A stretch of 24,000 nucleotides of DNA. Origin: Xanthomonas massiliensis. GTDB taxonomy: Bacteria; Pseudomonadota; Gammaproteobacteria; Xanthomonadales; Xanthomonadaceae. The translations under genes and the position numbers were made by a program. This document shows, piece after piece, positions 13,123 to 20,972 of this stretch. The stretch lies in NCBI RefSeq assembly GCF_900018785.1, contig NZ_FCOY01000007.1:706632-730631 (forward strand), in the 5' to 3' direction. The notes under the pieces are model-generated. The model saw nothing but the letters and a program-made list of their open reading frames with translations. It did no database searches and was not told where the DNA came from. Numbering within the stretch: position 1 is the first letter of the stretch; every line of letters begins with the position of its first letter.

Positions 13123-14204
13123 CGGGCACCCCCGCGTGCCGGCGCCGGCGCCCGGGCACCGCCCGGGGCCGGCCGGCCGACGCCCGTCCGCGCGGCGCCG
13201 GCATCGCCTTCGTACCCGCCGCTGCCCGGCCGGCCGTCGGCATCGAGCTTCACTGCCACGCGCAGCACCGCGCTGCGCGCACGCGGGTTGGCGGCCAGCT
13301 CGGCCTCGTCGGCCTTGATCGCCCCGCCGACGGCACCCAGCGTCGGCACGAAGGCCTGGGTTTCCGGCAGCCGGCGATTGGCCGGCGGCGCCTTGGCGTG
13401 GCGGGCGATGAACTGCTTGACGATGCGGTCTTCCAGCGAGTGGAAGCTGATCACCGCCAGCCGTCCGCCCGGTTTCAGCGCGGCCAGGGCGGCGTCGAGC
13501 CCGGCTTCCAGGTCGGCCAGCTCGCGGTTGATGTGGATGCGGATGGCCTGGAAGCTGCGCGTGGCCGGATGGATCTTGTCCTTGCCGCGCGGCATCACCG
13601 AGGCGATCAGCTCGGCCAGCTGCGCGGTGCGCGCGAGCGGCTGCTCGGCGCGACGGGCGACGATGGCGCGGGCGATGCGGCGGCTGAGCTTCTCCTCGCC
13701 GTAGGTCCACAGCACGTCGGCGATCTCGCGCTCGGAGGCCTGCGCCAGCCACTGCGCCGCGCTCTGCCCGGACTCGGGGTCCATGCGCATGTCCAGCGGG
13801 CCGTCCTTGCCGAAGGAGAAGCCTCGCTCGGCCACGTCCAGCTGCGGCGAGGACACGCCCAGGTCGAACAGGATGCCGTCCAGCGCGCGGGCCTGGTCCC
13901 AGTCGCCGAGCGCGGCGAAGCTGCCGCGCCGGATCGACACGCGAGGGTCGGCAGCAAACGCCTGTTCGGCCACCGCGATCGCTTCGGGATCCTTGTCCAT
14001 CAGCAGCAACCGGCCTCCCGTGCCGAGTCGTTCCAGCACCCCGCGCGCGTGTCCGCCACGCCCGAAGGTGCCGTCCAGGTAACGTCCGTTTTCGATCACC
14101 TTCAGTTCGTCCATGACCTGCGCGTACAGCACCGGCAGATGGGCCATCGACGCGACCGGCAGCTGGGGCGCCGCGAGGTGACCGGCCTGCGCCTTGCCGC
14201 GCAT
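13119..14204 (-). CDS. rsmH: 16S rRNA (cytosine1402-N4)-methyltransferase RsmH/MraW, ~361 aa
   Basis: ORF 13119..14222 contains [13 protein letters not shown]...[12 protein letters not shown]...[10 protein letters not shown]...[12 protein letters not shown]. The start is uncertain: ATG 14204 is chosen, with GTG 14222 and ATG 14147 as alternatives. It has a G/A/R/P-rich C-terminal tail. Confidence 0.9.
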   Translation of the reverse strand: MRGKAQAGHLAAPQLPVASMAHLPVLYAQVMDELKVIENGRYLDGTFGRGGHARGVLERLGTGGRLLLMDKDPEAIAVAEQAFAADPRVSIRRGSFAALGDWDQARALDGILFDLGVSSPQLDVAERGFSFGKDGPLDMRMDPESGQSAAQWLAQASEREIADVLWTYGEEKLSRRIARAIVARRAEQPLARTAQLAELIASVMPRGKDKIHPATRSFQAIRIHINRELADLEAGLDAALAALKPGGRLAVISFHSLEDRIVKQFIARHAKAPPANRRLPETQAFVPTLGAVGGAIKADEAELAANPRARSAVLRVAVKLDADGRPGSGGYEGDAGAARTGVGRPAPGGARAPAPARGGAR

Positions 14205-14218
14205 CCGGGCACCCCGGC

Positions 14219-14662
14219 TCACAACCTCAGGTCGAGCAGGTCCCCGCCCAGATCCGCATCGGACAAGGTCCGCTGGATCAGTTCGCGGTGAGCCTGCTCG
14301 CTCCAGAGTTCGAATTTCTCTCCCATGCCCAGCAGCACGGCCTTCTTCTCCAGGCCCACCGCGGCGCGGTGGCTGGGGGGGAGGGTGATGCGGCAGTTGC
14401 CGTCCAGTTCCAGCACCGAGGAGGAACCGACCAGCTTCTGCTGCAGGATCCGCACGGTTCCGTTCAGGTTGGGGCGGGCCATGACATCGTCACGCACCCG
14501 CTCCCACTCCTGCAGGGCGTACAGCCACAGGCAGCCCCGCTCGAACGGGTTGTAGGTCAGCACCAGGCGGTTGCCCGCACGCGCGACGAGGTCGCGATAC
14601 GCGGTCGGCACCGCCATTCGCCCCTTGTCGTCGATCGTGATGGCGGTCTCGCCCTGGAACAC
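14219..14662 (-). CDS. mraZ: Transcriptional regulator MraZ, 147 aa
   Basis: It reads [25 protein letters not shown]...[16 protein letters not shown]..., showing the duplicated MraZ/SpoVT-AbrB-type motif. The start is GTG, with GGGAGAAG 8 nt upstream. It is the first gene of the dcw operon. Confidence 0.93.
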   Translation of the reverse strand: MFQGETAITIDDKGRMAVPTAYRDLVARAGNRLVLTYNPFERGCLWLYALQEWERVRDDVMARPNLNGTVRILQQKLVGSSSVLELDGNCRITLPPSHRAAVGLEKKAVLLGMGEKFELWSEQAHRELIQRTLSDADLGGDLLDLRL

Positions 14663-14683
14663 GGCGCCTGCTTCTCCCGAAAT

Positions 14684-14717
14684 TCACCGGAGTCAACATT
14701 GAACCACGAAAAACCAC
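14684..14717 (-). promoter_or_regulatory. Four direct GTGG-like boxes at exact 10-bp phasing in the mraZ 5' leader; candidate MraZ operator
   Basis: The minus strand reads TTTGTGGTTTTTCGTGGTTCAATGTTGACTCCGGTGAATT. The boxes are GTGG (14717..14714), GTGG (14707..14704), GTTG (14697..14694) and GTGA (14687..14684). They lie between the predicted -10 and the mraZ start. Confidence 0.5.
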
Positions 14718-14745
14718 AAAAAACCCGGTTTTCCCTCGGATGCCC

Positions 14746-14773
14746 ACCTTAGCAGCGGACCTGAGGTTGTCAA
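14746..14773 (-). promoter_or_regulatory. Candidate sigma70 promoter of the dcw operon (Pmra-like)
   Basis: The minus strand shows TTGACA (14773..14768), a 16-nt spacer, then TAAGGT (14751..14746). This lies ~85 nt upstream of the mraZ GTG in the only AT-richer stretch of the region. Confidence 0.5.
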
Positions 14774-14843
14774 CAACCGCGCGGAACAGAAATCGGCAAG
14801 CACATCAATGGTTTGCACCAAGGTTCAGAGACTTGTTCAAGGC

Positions 14844-14852
14844 TTATCCACA
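14844..14852 (+). promoter_or_regulatory. Perfect 9-mer DnaA box TTATCCACA
   Basis: This is an exact match to the E. coli R1/R4-type consensus. It lies in the divergent mraZ / NRDE-gene intergenic region, ~70 bp upstream of the predicted -35. Confidence 0.4.
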
Positions 14853-14989
14853 AGTTGCTGTTTCGTCTCAGGATTTGAGATTGAAGTGGGATTCATGCGG
14901 ATGAAGACGGCCGTCACGCGTGATCGCCGTCGCAGAAGATGAATGCGCCAGCTGCGCACATCGCCACCGCGTCCCGGCACAATCGCCCC

Positions 14990-15745
14990 ATGTGCCTGAT
15001 CGCCCTGGCCTGGAACCTGCACCCGCGCTGGCGCCTGCTGATGGCCGGCAACCGCGACGAATTCCACGCCCGTCCCAGCGCGGCCCTGCAGCGCCGCGGG
15101 ACGCCCGCCCGGCCGGTGCTGGCCGGGCGCGACCTGCGCTCGGGCGGGACCTGGATGGGCCTGGCCGCCAATGGCCGCGCTGCGGTGGTGACCAACGTGC
15201 GCGACCCGGGTGCCGCGCGCGAAGGGTGCTCGCGCGGCCATCTGGTCGAGGACTACCTCGCCGGGCAGGACGGCGCGGCGGCCTGGGCAGCGAGGGTGGC
15301 GCCGCAGGCCGACCGCTACCCGCCATTCAACCTGGTGCTGGCCGACCAGGGCGAAGCTCGCTTCGTCGGCAACCATCCATTCGCGGCCGGGCCGCTCGGC
15401 GACGGCATCCATGCCCTGTCCAACGGCGCGCCGGACGCGCCCTGGCCCAAGAGCCTGCACCTGGCCGCGGCGCTGCGGCGCTGGATCGACAACGGCTGCG
15501 ACGATCCGGCGCCGCTGTGGGCCGCCCTGGCCGACCGGACCGTGGCACCCGATGCCGACCTGCCCGACACCGGCATCGGCCTGGACCTGGAACGGCAACT
15601 GTCGCCGGCCTTCATCTGCGGCCCCGCCTACGGCACCCGCGCCAGCACCCTGCTGGCGATCGACCACGCCGGCCACGGCTGGATCCACGAACGCCGCTTC
15701 GGCGCGGACGGGATCTTCCTCGGCCAGACGCGGCTGGCACTCTGA
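14990..15745 (+). CDS. NRDE family protein (DUF833 / TANGO2-like), 251 aa
   Basis: ORF 14939..15745 trimmed to the family-typical N-terminus MCLIALAW... followed by MAGNRDEF (the NRDE motif), then GGTWMG and NLVLAD. Confidence 0.85.
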   Translation: MCLIALAWNLHPRWRLLMAGNRDEFHARPSAALQRRGTPARPVLAGRDLRSGGTWMGLAANGRAAVVTNVRDPGAAREGCSRGHLVEDYLAGQDGAAAWAARVAPQADRYPPFNLVLADQGEARFVGNHPFAAGPLGDGIHALSNGAPDAPWPKSLHLAAALRRWIDNGCDDPAPLWAALADRTVAPDADLPDTGIGLDLERQLSPAFICGPAYGTRASTLLAIDHAGHGWIHERRFGADGIFLGQTRLAL

Positions 15746-16050
15746 CACCCCACCCGACTGGCTCGAGCGACCGACGGCCGGGACGGGTGTCGAGGCGGCC
15801 ACGTCGGCAGCGGCCAGGGCCGGCAAACGGATCCCGCGCACGCATGCCGGCCGCCCGGCATCGCCGGACGCGTGCAGCGGCCTCGGCATCGAATCCGTTC
15901 CAGCGGGCTACCGGTGCGTGCTATCGAGGAAGATCAAGACACCGATCATTGCCGGATATCCGGCCGCGGCGGGGCCCATCCGCCGCGCCCGCCGCGGACC
16001 TGCGCGGTACGGCACCGGCGGGGCCGGGCACGCGACCCCGCACGCATCCA

Positions 16051-16072
16051 CCCGCCTGAGCAAACAGGCGGG
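16051..16072 (-). terminator. Perfect 8-bp GC stem-loop ~20 nt downstream of the rnpB 3' end; possible terminator or processing hairpin
   Basis: The sequence is CCCGCCTG-agcaaa-CAGGCGGG. No U-tract follows on either strand. Confidence 0.35.
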
Positions 16073-16091
16073 CAACGAACCACTTCGAAGA

Positions 16092-16448
16092 GGCGGCGGA
16101 GCCGGCCGATAAGCCGGGTTCTGTCGTGGACAGCCATTCCTCTAGGCGCATCGTCACCGATACGCTCGAGCAACCTACCCGGACCCGACGCGGGCCACGT
16201 CATGAGGTCCCTATTTGGTCTTGCTCCAGGTGGGGTTTGCCGTGCCGGCCTGTTACCAGGCTCGCGGTGCGCTCTTACCGCACCATTTCACCCTTGCCGT
16301 CCTGCTTGCGCAGTCTTGGGCGGTATCTTTCTGTTGCACTTTCCGTCGGCTCGCGCCGCCCAGGCGTTACCTGGCACCTTGCCCTGTGGAGCCCGGACTT
16401 TCCTCGGCACCCTTGCGGGTGACGCGACTGTCTGGCCGACTCCGCCGC
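16092..16448 (-). ncRNA. rnpB: RNase P RNA, bacterial type A (M1 RNA); ends accurate to about +/-6 nt
   Basis: The reverse complement carries the universal blocks ...CCAGACAGTCGC...GAGGAAAGTCCGGGCTCCACAGGGCAAGGTGCCAGGTAACGCCTGGG...GGTAAGAGCGCACCG...ACAGAACCCGGCTTATCGG... The P1 helix pairs 5' GGCGGAGTCGGCC with 3' GGCCGGCTCCGCC. It is collinear with E. coli M1 RNA as I recall it. Confidence 0.92.
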
Positions 16449-16452
16449 GGCC

Positions 16453-16461
16453 ATTGTCCCA
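16453..16461 (-). promoter_or_regulatory. Candidate extended -10 (TGGGACAAT) for rnpB
   Basis: On the minus strand, TGn+GACAAT ends 6 nt before the G (about 16446) that begins the P1 helix. This fits M1 RNA 5' ends being made by transcription initiation. No convincing -35 is present. Confidence 0.3.
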
Positions 16462-16543
16462 CACCCGGGCGCTGCCGCCGCACCCGCGCCGCGTAGACGC
16501 CGCCGTCACTCCGCCTCCGGTTCAGGGGACTATATTCCGGCCC

Positions 16544-17527
16544 ATGAAAGCGATGCTGCTACGCCGACAGGGCACGCCGCTCGAGCCGGCCGAACTTCCC
16601 GATCCGGTGCCCGGCCCGGGCGAGGTGCTCATCCAGGTGGGCGCCTGCGGGGTGTGCCGCACCGACCTGCACGTGGTCGATGGCGACCTGCACCATCCCA
16701 ACCTGCCGCTGGTACCCGGCCACGAGATCGTCGGCCGGATCAAGGCGCTCGGCGCCGGCGTGGACACGCTGCGGATCGGCCAGCGCGTCGGCGTGGGCTG
16801 GCTCGGCCATACCTGCGGCCACTGCCAGTACTGCCTGGAAGGGCGCGAGAACCTGTGCGATGCCCCCGGCTTCACCGGCTATACCCGCAACGGCGGCTTC
16901 GCCCAGCTGACGGTGGCCGAGGCGCGCTACACCTACCCGATGCCCGAGGACGGCGACGATGCGGAAATGGCGCCGCTGCTGTGCGCCGGGCTGATCGGCT
17001 GGCGCTCGCTGGTGATCGCCGGCGAGGGCAAGCGCGTCGGCCTGTACGGCTTCGGCGCCGCCGCCCACCTGATCGCCCAGGTGCTGCACTGGCAGGGCCG
17101 CGAGTTCTATGCCTTCGTGCGCCCCGGCGCCGAGGCGTCGGCGGCCTTCGCCCGCTCGCTGGGCGCGGCCGACGTGGAGCCGTCCGACCGTCCCTCGAAG
17201 CACGCGCTGGACGCGGCGATCATCTATGCGCCGGTCGGCCCGCTGGTGCCGGTGGCGCTGCGCTCGGTGCGCAAGGGCGCGCGCGTGGTCTGCGCCGGCA
17301 TCTACATGAGCGACATCCCCTCCTTCCCGTACAGCATCCTGTGGGAGGAACGGCAGCTGGTGTCGGTGGCCAACCTGACCCGCAAGGATGCGCTGGACTT
17401 CCTGGCGATCGTGCCCAAGGCCGGCCTGCGCGCCAAGGTCACCCGCTACCCGCTGGAGCAGGCCAACCAGGCGCTGGACGACCTGCGCTCGGGCCGGCTG
17501 ACCGGCGCGGCGGTGCTGATCCCCTGA
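16544..17527 (+). CDS. Zinc-dependent alcohol dehydrogenase family protein (MDR superfamily), 327 aa
   Basis: This is the distal part of ORF 15872..17527 from ATG 16544. It reads MKAMLLRRQG...GACGVCRTDLHVVDGDL...PLVPGHEIVG (catalytic Zn ligands). It also has CGHCQYCLEGRENLC (structural Zn) and GLYGFGAAAH (a Rossmann GxGxxA). Confidence 0.9.
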   Translation: MKAMLLRRQGTPLEPAELPDPVPGPGEVLIQVGACGVCRTDLHVVDGDLHHPNLPLVPGHEIVGRIKALGAGVDTLRIGQRVGVGWLGHTCGHCQYCLEGRENLCDAPGFTGYTRNGGFAQLTVAEARYTYPMPEDGDDAEMAPLLCAGLIGWRSLVIAGEGKRVGLYGFGAAAHLIAQVLHWQGREFYAFVRPGAEASAAFARSLGAADVEPSDRPSKHALDAAIIYAPVGPLVPVALRSVRKGARVVCAGIYMSDIPSFPYSILWEERQLVSVANLTRKDALDFLAIVPKAGLRAKVTRYPLEQANQALDDLRSGRLTGAAVLIP

Positions 17528-17536
17528 GCGCGCCGC

Positions 17537-18373
17537 TCAGCCCGGCTCCGACCCGTACAGCGCCTTGCGCGGCGCGCCGGTGATTTCCGCGGCCAGGCGC
17601 GCGGCGGCCGACGGCGGCAGGTGCGCGCCGAGCAGCGCGTAGACGCGGCGGCCCTCGGCGATCTTCGCGGTCTCGTCCTCGCCCGCGCCCTGCACCACCA
17701 CGACGAACTCGCCCTTGCGCTGGTCCGCATCGGCCCGCACCGTGGCCAGCAGCGAATCCAGGGTGCCGTCGAGCACGGTCTCGAACAGCTTGGTCAGTTC
17801 CCGCGCCAGCACCGCCGGGCGCTCGCCGCCGAAAGCGCCGCCCAGGTCCTGCAGCGATTCGGCGATGCGGTGCGAGGCCTCGTAGAACACCAGCGTGCGC
17901 GTCTCCCCGGCCAGCCGCGCCAGGCGCTCGCGCCGCGCCGCAGGCTTGGCCGGCAGGAAGCCCTCGAAGGCGAACCGGTCGCTGGGCAACCCGGCCACGC
18001 TGAGCGCGGCGACGATCGCGCTCGGGCCCGGCACCGGGCTGACCCGGATCCCGGCCGCGCGCGCGGCACGCACCACCCGGAAGCCCGGGTCGGACACCAG
18101 CGGCGTGCCGGCGTCGGACACCAGCGCCAGAGACTGCCCGGCCAGCAGACGCTCGACCACGCGCTGCGCCATCGCCTCCTCGTTGTGCTCGTGCAAGGCC
18201 AGCAGCGGCCGCTCGATGCCGAAATGGGCCAGCAGCTGGCGGGTATGGCGGGTGTCCTCGGCGCACACCGCGTCGGCGCTGCGCAGCACCTCCTGCGCGC
18301 GCGGGGAGAGGTCGCCGAGGTTGCCGATCGGGGTGGCGACGACGTGGAGGATGCCGGGAGCGGAAGCGGTCAA
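17537..18373 (-). CDS. rsmI: 16S rRNA (cytidine1402-2'-O)-methyltransferase RsmI, 278 aa
   Basis: It reads ILHVVATPIGNLGDLSPRA...AEDTRHTRQLL...LVSDAGTPLVSDPG...FEGFLPAK...YEASHR...ARELTKLFE. The apparent start is TTG at 18373. It is divergent from lpoA, as in E. coli yraL/yraM. Confidence 0.9.
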   Translation of the reverse strand: MTASAPGILHVVATPIGNLGDLSPRAQEVLRSADAVCAEDTRHTRQLLAHFGIERPLLALHEHNEEAMAQRVVERLLAGQSLALVSDAGTPLVSDPGFRVVRAARAAGIRVSPVPGPSAIVAALSVAGLPSDRFAFEGFLPAKPAARRERLARLAGETRTLVFYEASHRIAESLQDLGGAFGGERPAVLARELTKLFETVLDGTLDSLLATVRADADQRKGEFVVVVQGAGEDETAKIAEGRRVYALLGAHLPPSAAARLAAEITGAPRKALYGSEPG

Positions 18374-18463
18374 GACGGGGAGCCTTCATGGCGGTTTCAT
18401 GGGCGAGGGGAGAATCCTAGCCCCTGCACCGGCGCGTCCGCGCCCCCTTGCGATGGAAGACCG

Positions 18464-20182
18464 ATGAACAACCCGGCCCGGAACCGCCTTGCGGGACTGC
18501 TGTTGACCACCGTGCTGTTGGCCGGCTGCGCCACCGCCCCGCTCGCGCCCGCTCCCGCCTCGCCCGAACACGATGCCGCCCTCGCCCTGCTCGAGGCCGG
18601 GCAACCGCGCCAGGCCGCGCAGCAGCTGGAGAGCCAGGCCGCCGCCGCCCACGGCGCCGCGCGCAACCCATTGCTGGCCGATGCCGCCTTCGCCTGGCAC
18701 GAAGCCGGCGACGACGACCGCGCCCGCACCCTGCTGGCGCAGGTGCAGGCGCGCCAGCTCGGCGGCGCCACCGCCGCGCGCCACGGCCTGCTGGTCGGCG
18801 AACTGGCCCTGGGCGCGCAGCAGCCGCAACAGGCGTTGCAGGCGCTGGGCTCCTCGCCGCAGGCCCTGCCGGCGGCGCTGCAGACGCGCTGGTACCTGGC
18901 CCGCGGGCGCGCCCTGGAGGCCGGCGGCGATGCCCTCGGCGCGGCCGAGGCCCGTGCCCATGCCGATGCCGGCCTGAAGGACGCCGCGCGCCGCGACAAC
19001 CAGCGCGAGATCACCCGCCTGCTGGCCTCGCTGGACGGTGCCCGCCTGGCGGCCGCCGCCGCCGCGCTGCCCGCCGGCGACCCGCTGTACAACTTCGCCG
19101 GCCGCGCCCTGCTCGCCCGTGGCCTGCCGCTGCCGCGCCCGTTCGAGCGCGGCGAGGGCCTGGTGGACACCGCCAAGCGCCCGCCGGCCGATCCGGACGG
19201 CTACCGCCCGCCGCTGAAGATGGGCGTGCTGCTGCCGCTGACCGGGCCGCTGGCCACCGCCGCCGCCCCGGTGCGCGACGGCCTGCTCGCCGGCTACTAC
19301 GGCCAGTCCCGGCGCCGGCCCGACATCGAGTTCTACGACACCGCCGGCACCGCGGCCGGCGCGGTGGCCGCCTATGGCCGCGCCGTGGCGGCCGGTGCCG
19401 ACTTCGTCGTCGGCCCGCTGGGCCGCGACGAGGTCGGTGCGCTGTTCGCCAGCGGCAACCTGAGCGTGCCGGTCCTGGCCCTGAACCGTCCCGCCGACGG
19501 CAGCGCGCCGCCGCCGGGCAACGCCGGCTTCTCGCTGGCCCCCGAGGACGACGGTGTGATGGCTGCCGAGTACCTGCTCGGCCTGGAAAAGCGCAATGCG
19601 GTGATCATCGCCAGCAACGACGACAACGGCCGCCGCGCCGCCGCCGCGTTCCGCGAGCGGTTCACCGCCCGCGGCGGCCAGGTGGCCGGCACGGTCGGCA
19701 TCGGCAACGAGGTGCCGGTGGACCTGGCCACCCAGCTGGCGCCCTGGGCCGCGGCCGACGCGGTGTTCCTGGCCGTGCGCGGCCCGCAGGCGCGGGCACT
19801 GATGCCGCAGCTGGCGCTGGCCGGGCTGGCCGGCCGCACCCGCGTGGGCACCTCGCAGCTGGTGCTCGGCACCGGCAAGCCCGAGGAAGACGTGGTGCTG
19901 GACGGGGTGGTCTATCCCGGCGACATCGGCGGCGGCGCGGCGCTGGCCGGCATGCCCGCGCTGGGCACCCTGCCCACCGCCCGCGGCGGCGGCGCGCGCC
20001 TGTTCGCCTTCGGCCGCGATGCCTGGGTGATCAGCGCCTACCTGGACAAGCTGGCCGCCGGCCAGGGCCTGCCCGGCGCCACCGGCACGCTGCACCTGGA
20101 CGGCTTCGGCAACGTGCTGCGTACCCCGGCCTGGTCCAGCTTCAGCGGCGGGCGCCCGGTCCCCGTGGCCGGTGGCCACTGA
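18464..20182 (+). CDS. lpoA: Penicillin-binding protein activator LpoA-like outer-membrane lipoprotein, 572 aa
   Basis: ORF 17621..20182 trimmed to ATG 18464, with GGAAGA upstream. It has a signal peptide with the lipobox LLAGC ([26 protein letters not shown]). An Ala-rich TPR-like N-terminal half is followed by a periplasmic-binding-protein-like C-terminal half ([10 protein letters not shown]...FVVGPL...VLALN). Synteny with rsmI and yraN supports the call. Confidence 0.8.
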   Translation: MNNPARNRLAGLLLTTVLLAGCATAPLAPAPASPEHDAALALLEAGQPRQAAQQLESQAAAAHGAARNPLLADAAFAWHEAGDDDRARTLLAQVQARQLGGATAARHGLLVGELALGAQQPQQALQALGSSPQALPAALQTRWYLARGRALEAGGDALGAAEARAHADAGLKDAARRDNQREITRLLASLDGARLAAAAAALPAGDPLYNFAGRALLARGLPLPRPFERGEGLVDTAKRPPADPDGYRPPLKMGVLLPLTGPLATAAAPVRDGLLAGYYGQSRRRPDIEFYDTAGTAAGAVAAYGRAVAAGADFVVGPLGRDEVGALFASGNLSVPVLALNRPADGSAPPPGNAGFSLAPEDDGVMAAEYLLGLEKRNAVIIASNDDNGRRAAAAFRERFTARGGQVAGTVGIGNEVPVDLATQLAPWAAADAVFLAVRGPQARALMPQLALAGLAGRTRVGTSQLVLGTGKPEEDVVLDGVVYPGDIGGGAALAGMPALGTLPTARGGGARLFAFGRDAWVISAYLDKLAAGQGLPGATGTLHLDGFGNVLRTPAWSSFSGGRPVPVAGGH

Positions 20183-20546
20183 CCGGCAACGCCGCGGCAA
20201 CGATGTGGAAGCTGCCGCGCGGCGGCGGCTGGAACAGGCCGGCCTGCGGCTGGTGCAGGCCAATGCGCGCGTGCGCGGCGGCGAACTCGACCTGGTGATG
20301 CGCGATCCGGCCGACGCCGACACGGTGGTGTTCGTGGAGGTGCGCTACCGCCAGGGCAACGGCTTCGGCGGCGGCGCCGCCTCGGTGGACGTCGGCAAGC
20401 GCCGCCGCCTGGTCCGCGCCGCGGCCCTGTGGCTGGCCGCGCATCCGCAGCTGGCCGCCTGCCCGTGCCGCTTCGACGTGGTCGAGGCCGAAGGCGAACC
20501 GCCGCGGCTGCGCTGGATCCGCGACGCGTTCCGCGCCGACGACTGA
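20172..20546 (+). CDS. yraN: YraN family protein (UPF0102, endonuclease-like fold), 124 aa
   Basis: It reads [39 protein letters not shown]...VVFVEVRYR...AASV...CRFDVV, collinear with E. coli YraN as recalled. The GTG start overlaps the lpoA end by 11 nt. GTG 20205 is an alternative start. Confidence 0.8.
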   Translation: MATDRQRRGNDVEAAARRRLEQAGLRLVQANARVRGGELDLVMRDPADADTVVFVEVRYRQGNGFGGGAASVDVGKRRRLVRAAALWLAAHPQLAACPCRFDVVEAEGEPPRLRWIRDAFRADD

Positions 20547-20775
20547 GCGGCTCCAACGCCCCTGCCCCGGCCCGGCCGCGACGGCGCCGCGCCGGTGACG
20601 ACAACGACAGCCATAGCGACAGCGACGAACGCTGCCGGCCCTGCGGGCTTCCCAGCCAGGCGCCGCTCGACGTGATCGCCGCCGCCGCCCACGCCCGCGG
20701 CGATGCCACGTTCATGCCCGCGGCCGGCGATACTGCAGTCGCCGTGGCCCAAGCCATCGCTGCTGGAGATCACGC

Positions 20776-20812
20776 CCCGTTCGCCGCGGCAGGCAGGGCC
20801 GCGGCGAACGGG
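20776..20812. repeat. Perfect 15-bp-stem / 7-nt-loop inverted repeat in the yraN-thiL spacer; possible bidirectional terminator or REP-like element
   Basis: The sequence is CCCGTTCGCCGCGGC-aggcagg-GCCGCGGCGAACGGG, and the arms are exact reverse complements. There is no U-tract on either side. Confidence 0.6.
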
Positions 20813-20972
20813 CCTGTCGCCAGCGAACCATCCTGCGCTGCCCATGGCCGCGGGATCCGCCCCGCCCTGATTCGAGCCTTGCTGCAGGACGGCGCTCGGA
20901 CCGGGATCTCGCGAGGACACGCCGGATCCGGCCCCGTGGAGGGTCGGTGGAGAACCGGCGCGACGGAGTTCG

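Noticed and set aside
14837-15889. A 350-aa minus-strand ORF and nested ORFs lie opposite the NRDE gene.
   Set aside because: They are antisense to a gene with a clear family signature (MCL...NRDE) and have low-complexity R/G/A/P composition.
15921-16509. ORFs 15921..16157(-), 15946..16203(-), 16126..16422(+), 16215..16496(+) and 16288..16509(-).
   Set aside because: They lie on top of the RNase P RNA gene, which is identified by its universally conserved blocks. They are not protein-coding.
18386-20323. A 645-aa minus-strand ORF, the nested ORFs 18397..19176 and 19372..19878, and the plus-strand off-frame ORF 18448..20298.
   Set aside because: They are antisense to lpoA or out of frame with it. 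lpoA has a signal peptide and lipobox and conserved synteny, and these ORFs have no motifs.
20595-20675. A 26-codon mini-ORF, GTG-TTTTAIATATNAAGPAGFPARRRST, resembles a Thr/Ile-rich attenuator leader peptide (compare thrL).
   Set aside because: No thr or ilv genes lie downstream, since the next gene on that strand direction is antisense thiL. There is no SD and no terminator/antiterminator pair that I could see. It uses rare ACA and ATA codons, so it is probably chance.
20921-20932. GCCGGATCCGGC (spacer) and GCCGGATATCCGGC (15951-15964) looked like copies of one palindromic repeat family.
   Set aside because: There are only two loosely similar copies. GCCGGAT-type strings occur inside coding regions too (for example near 4653), so this is not enough to call a repeat family without a genome-wide count.
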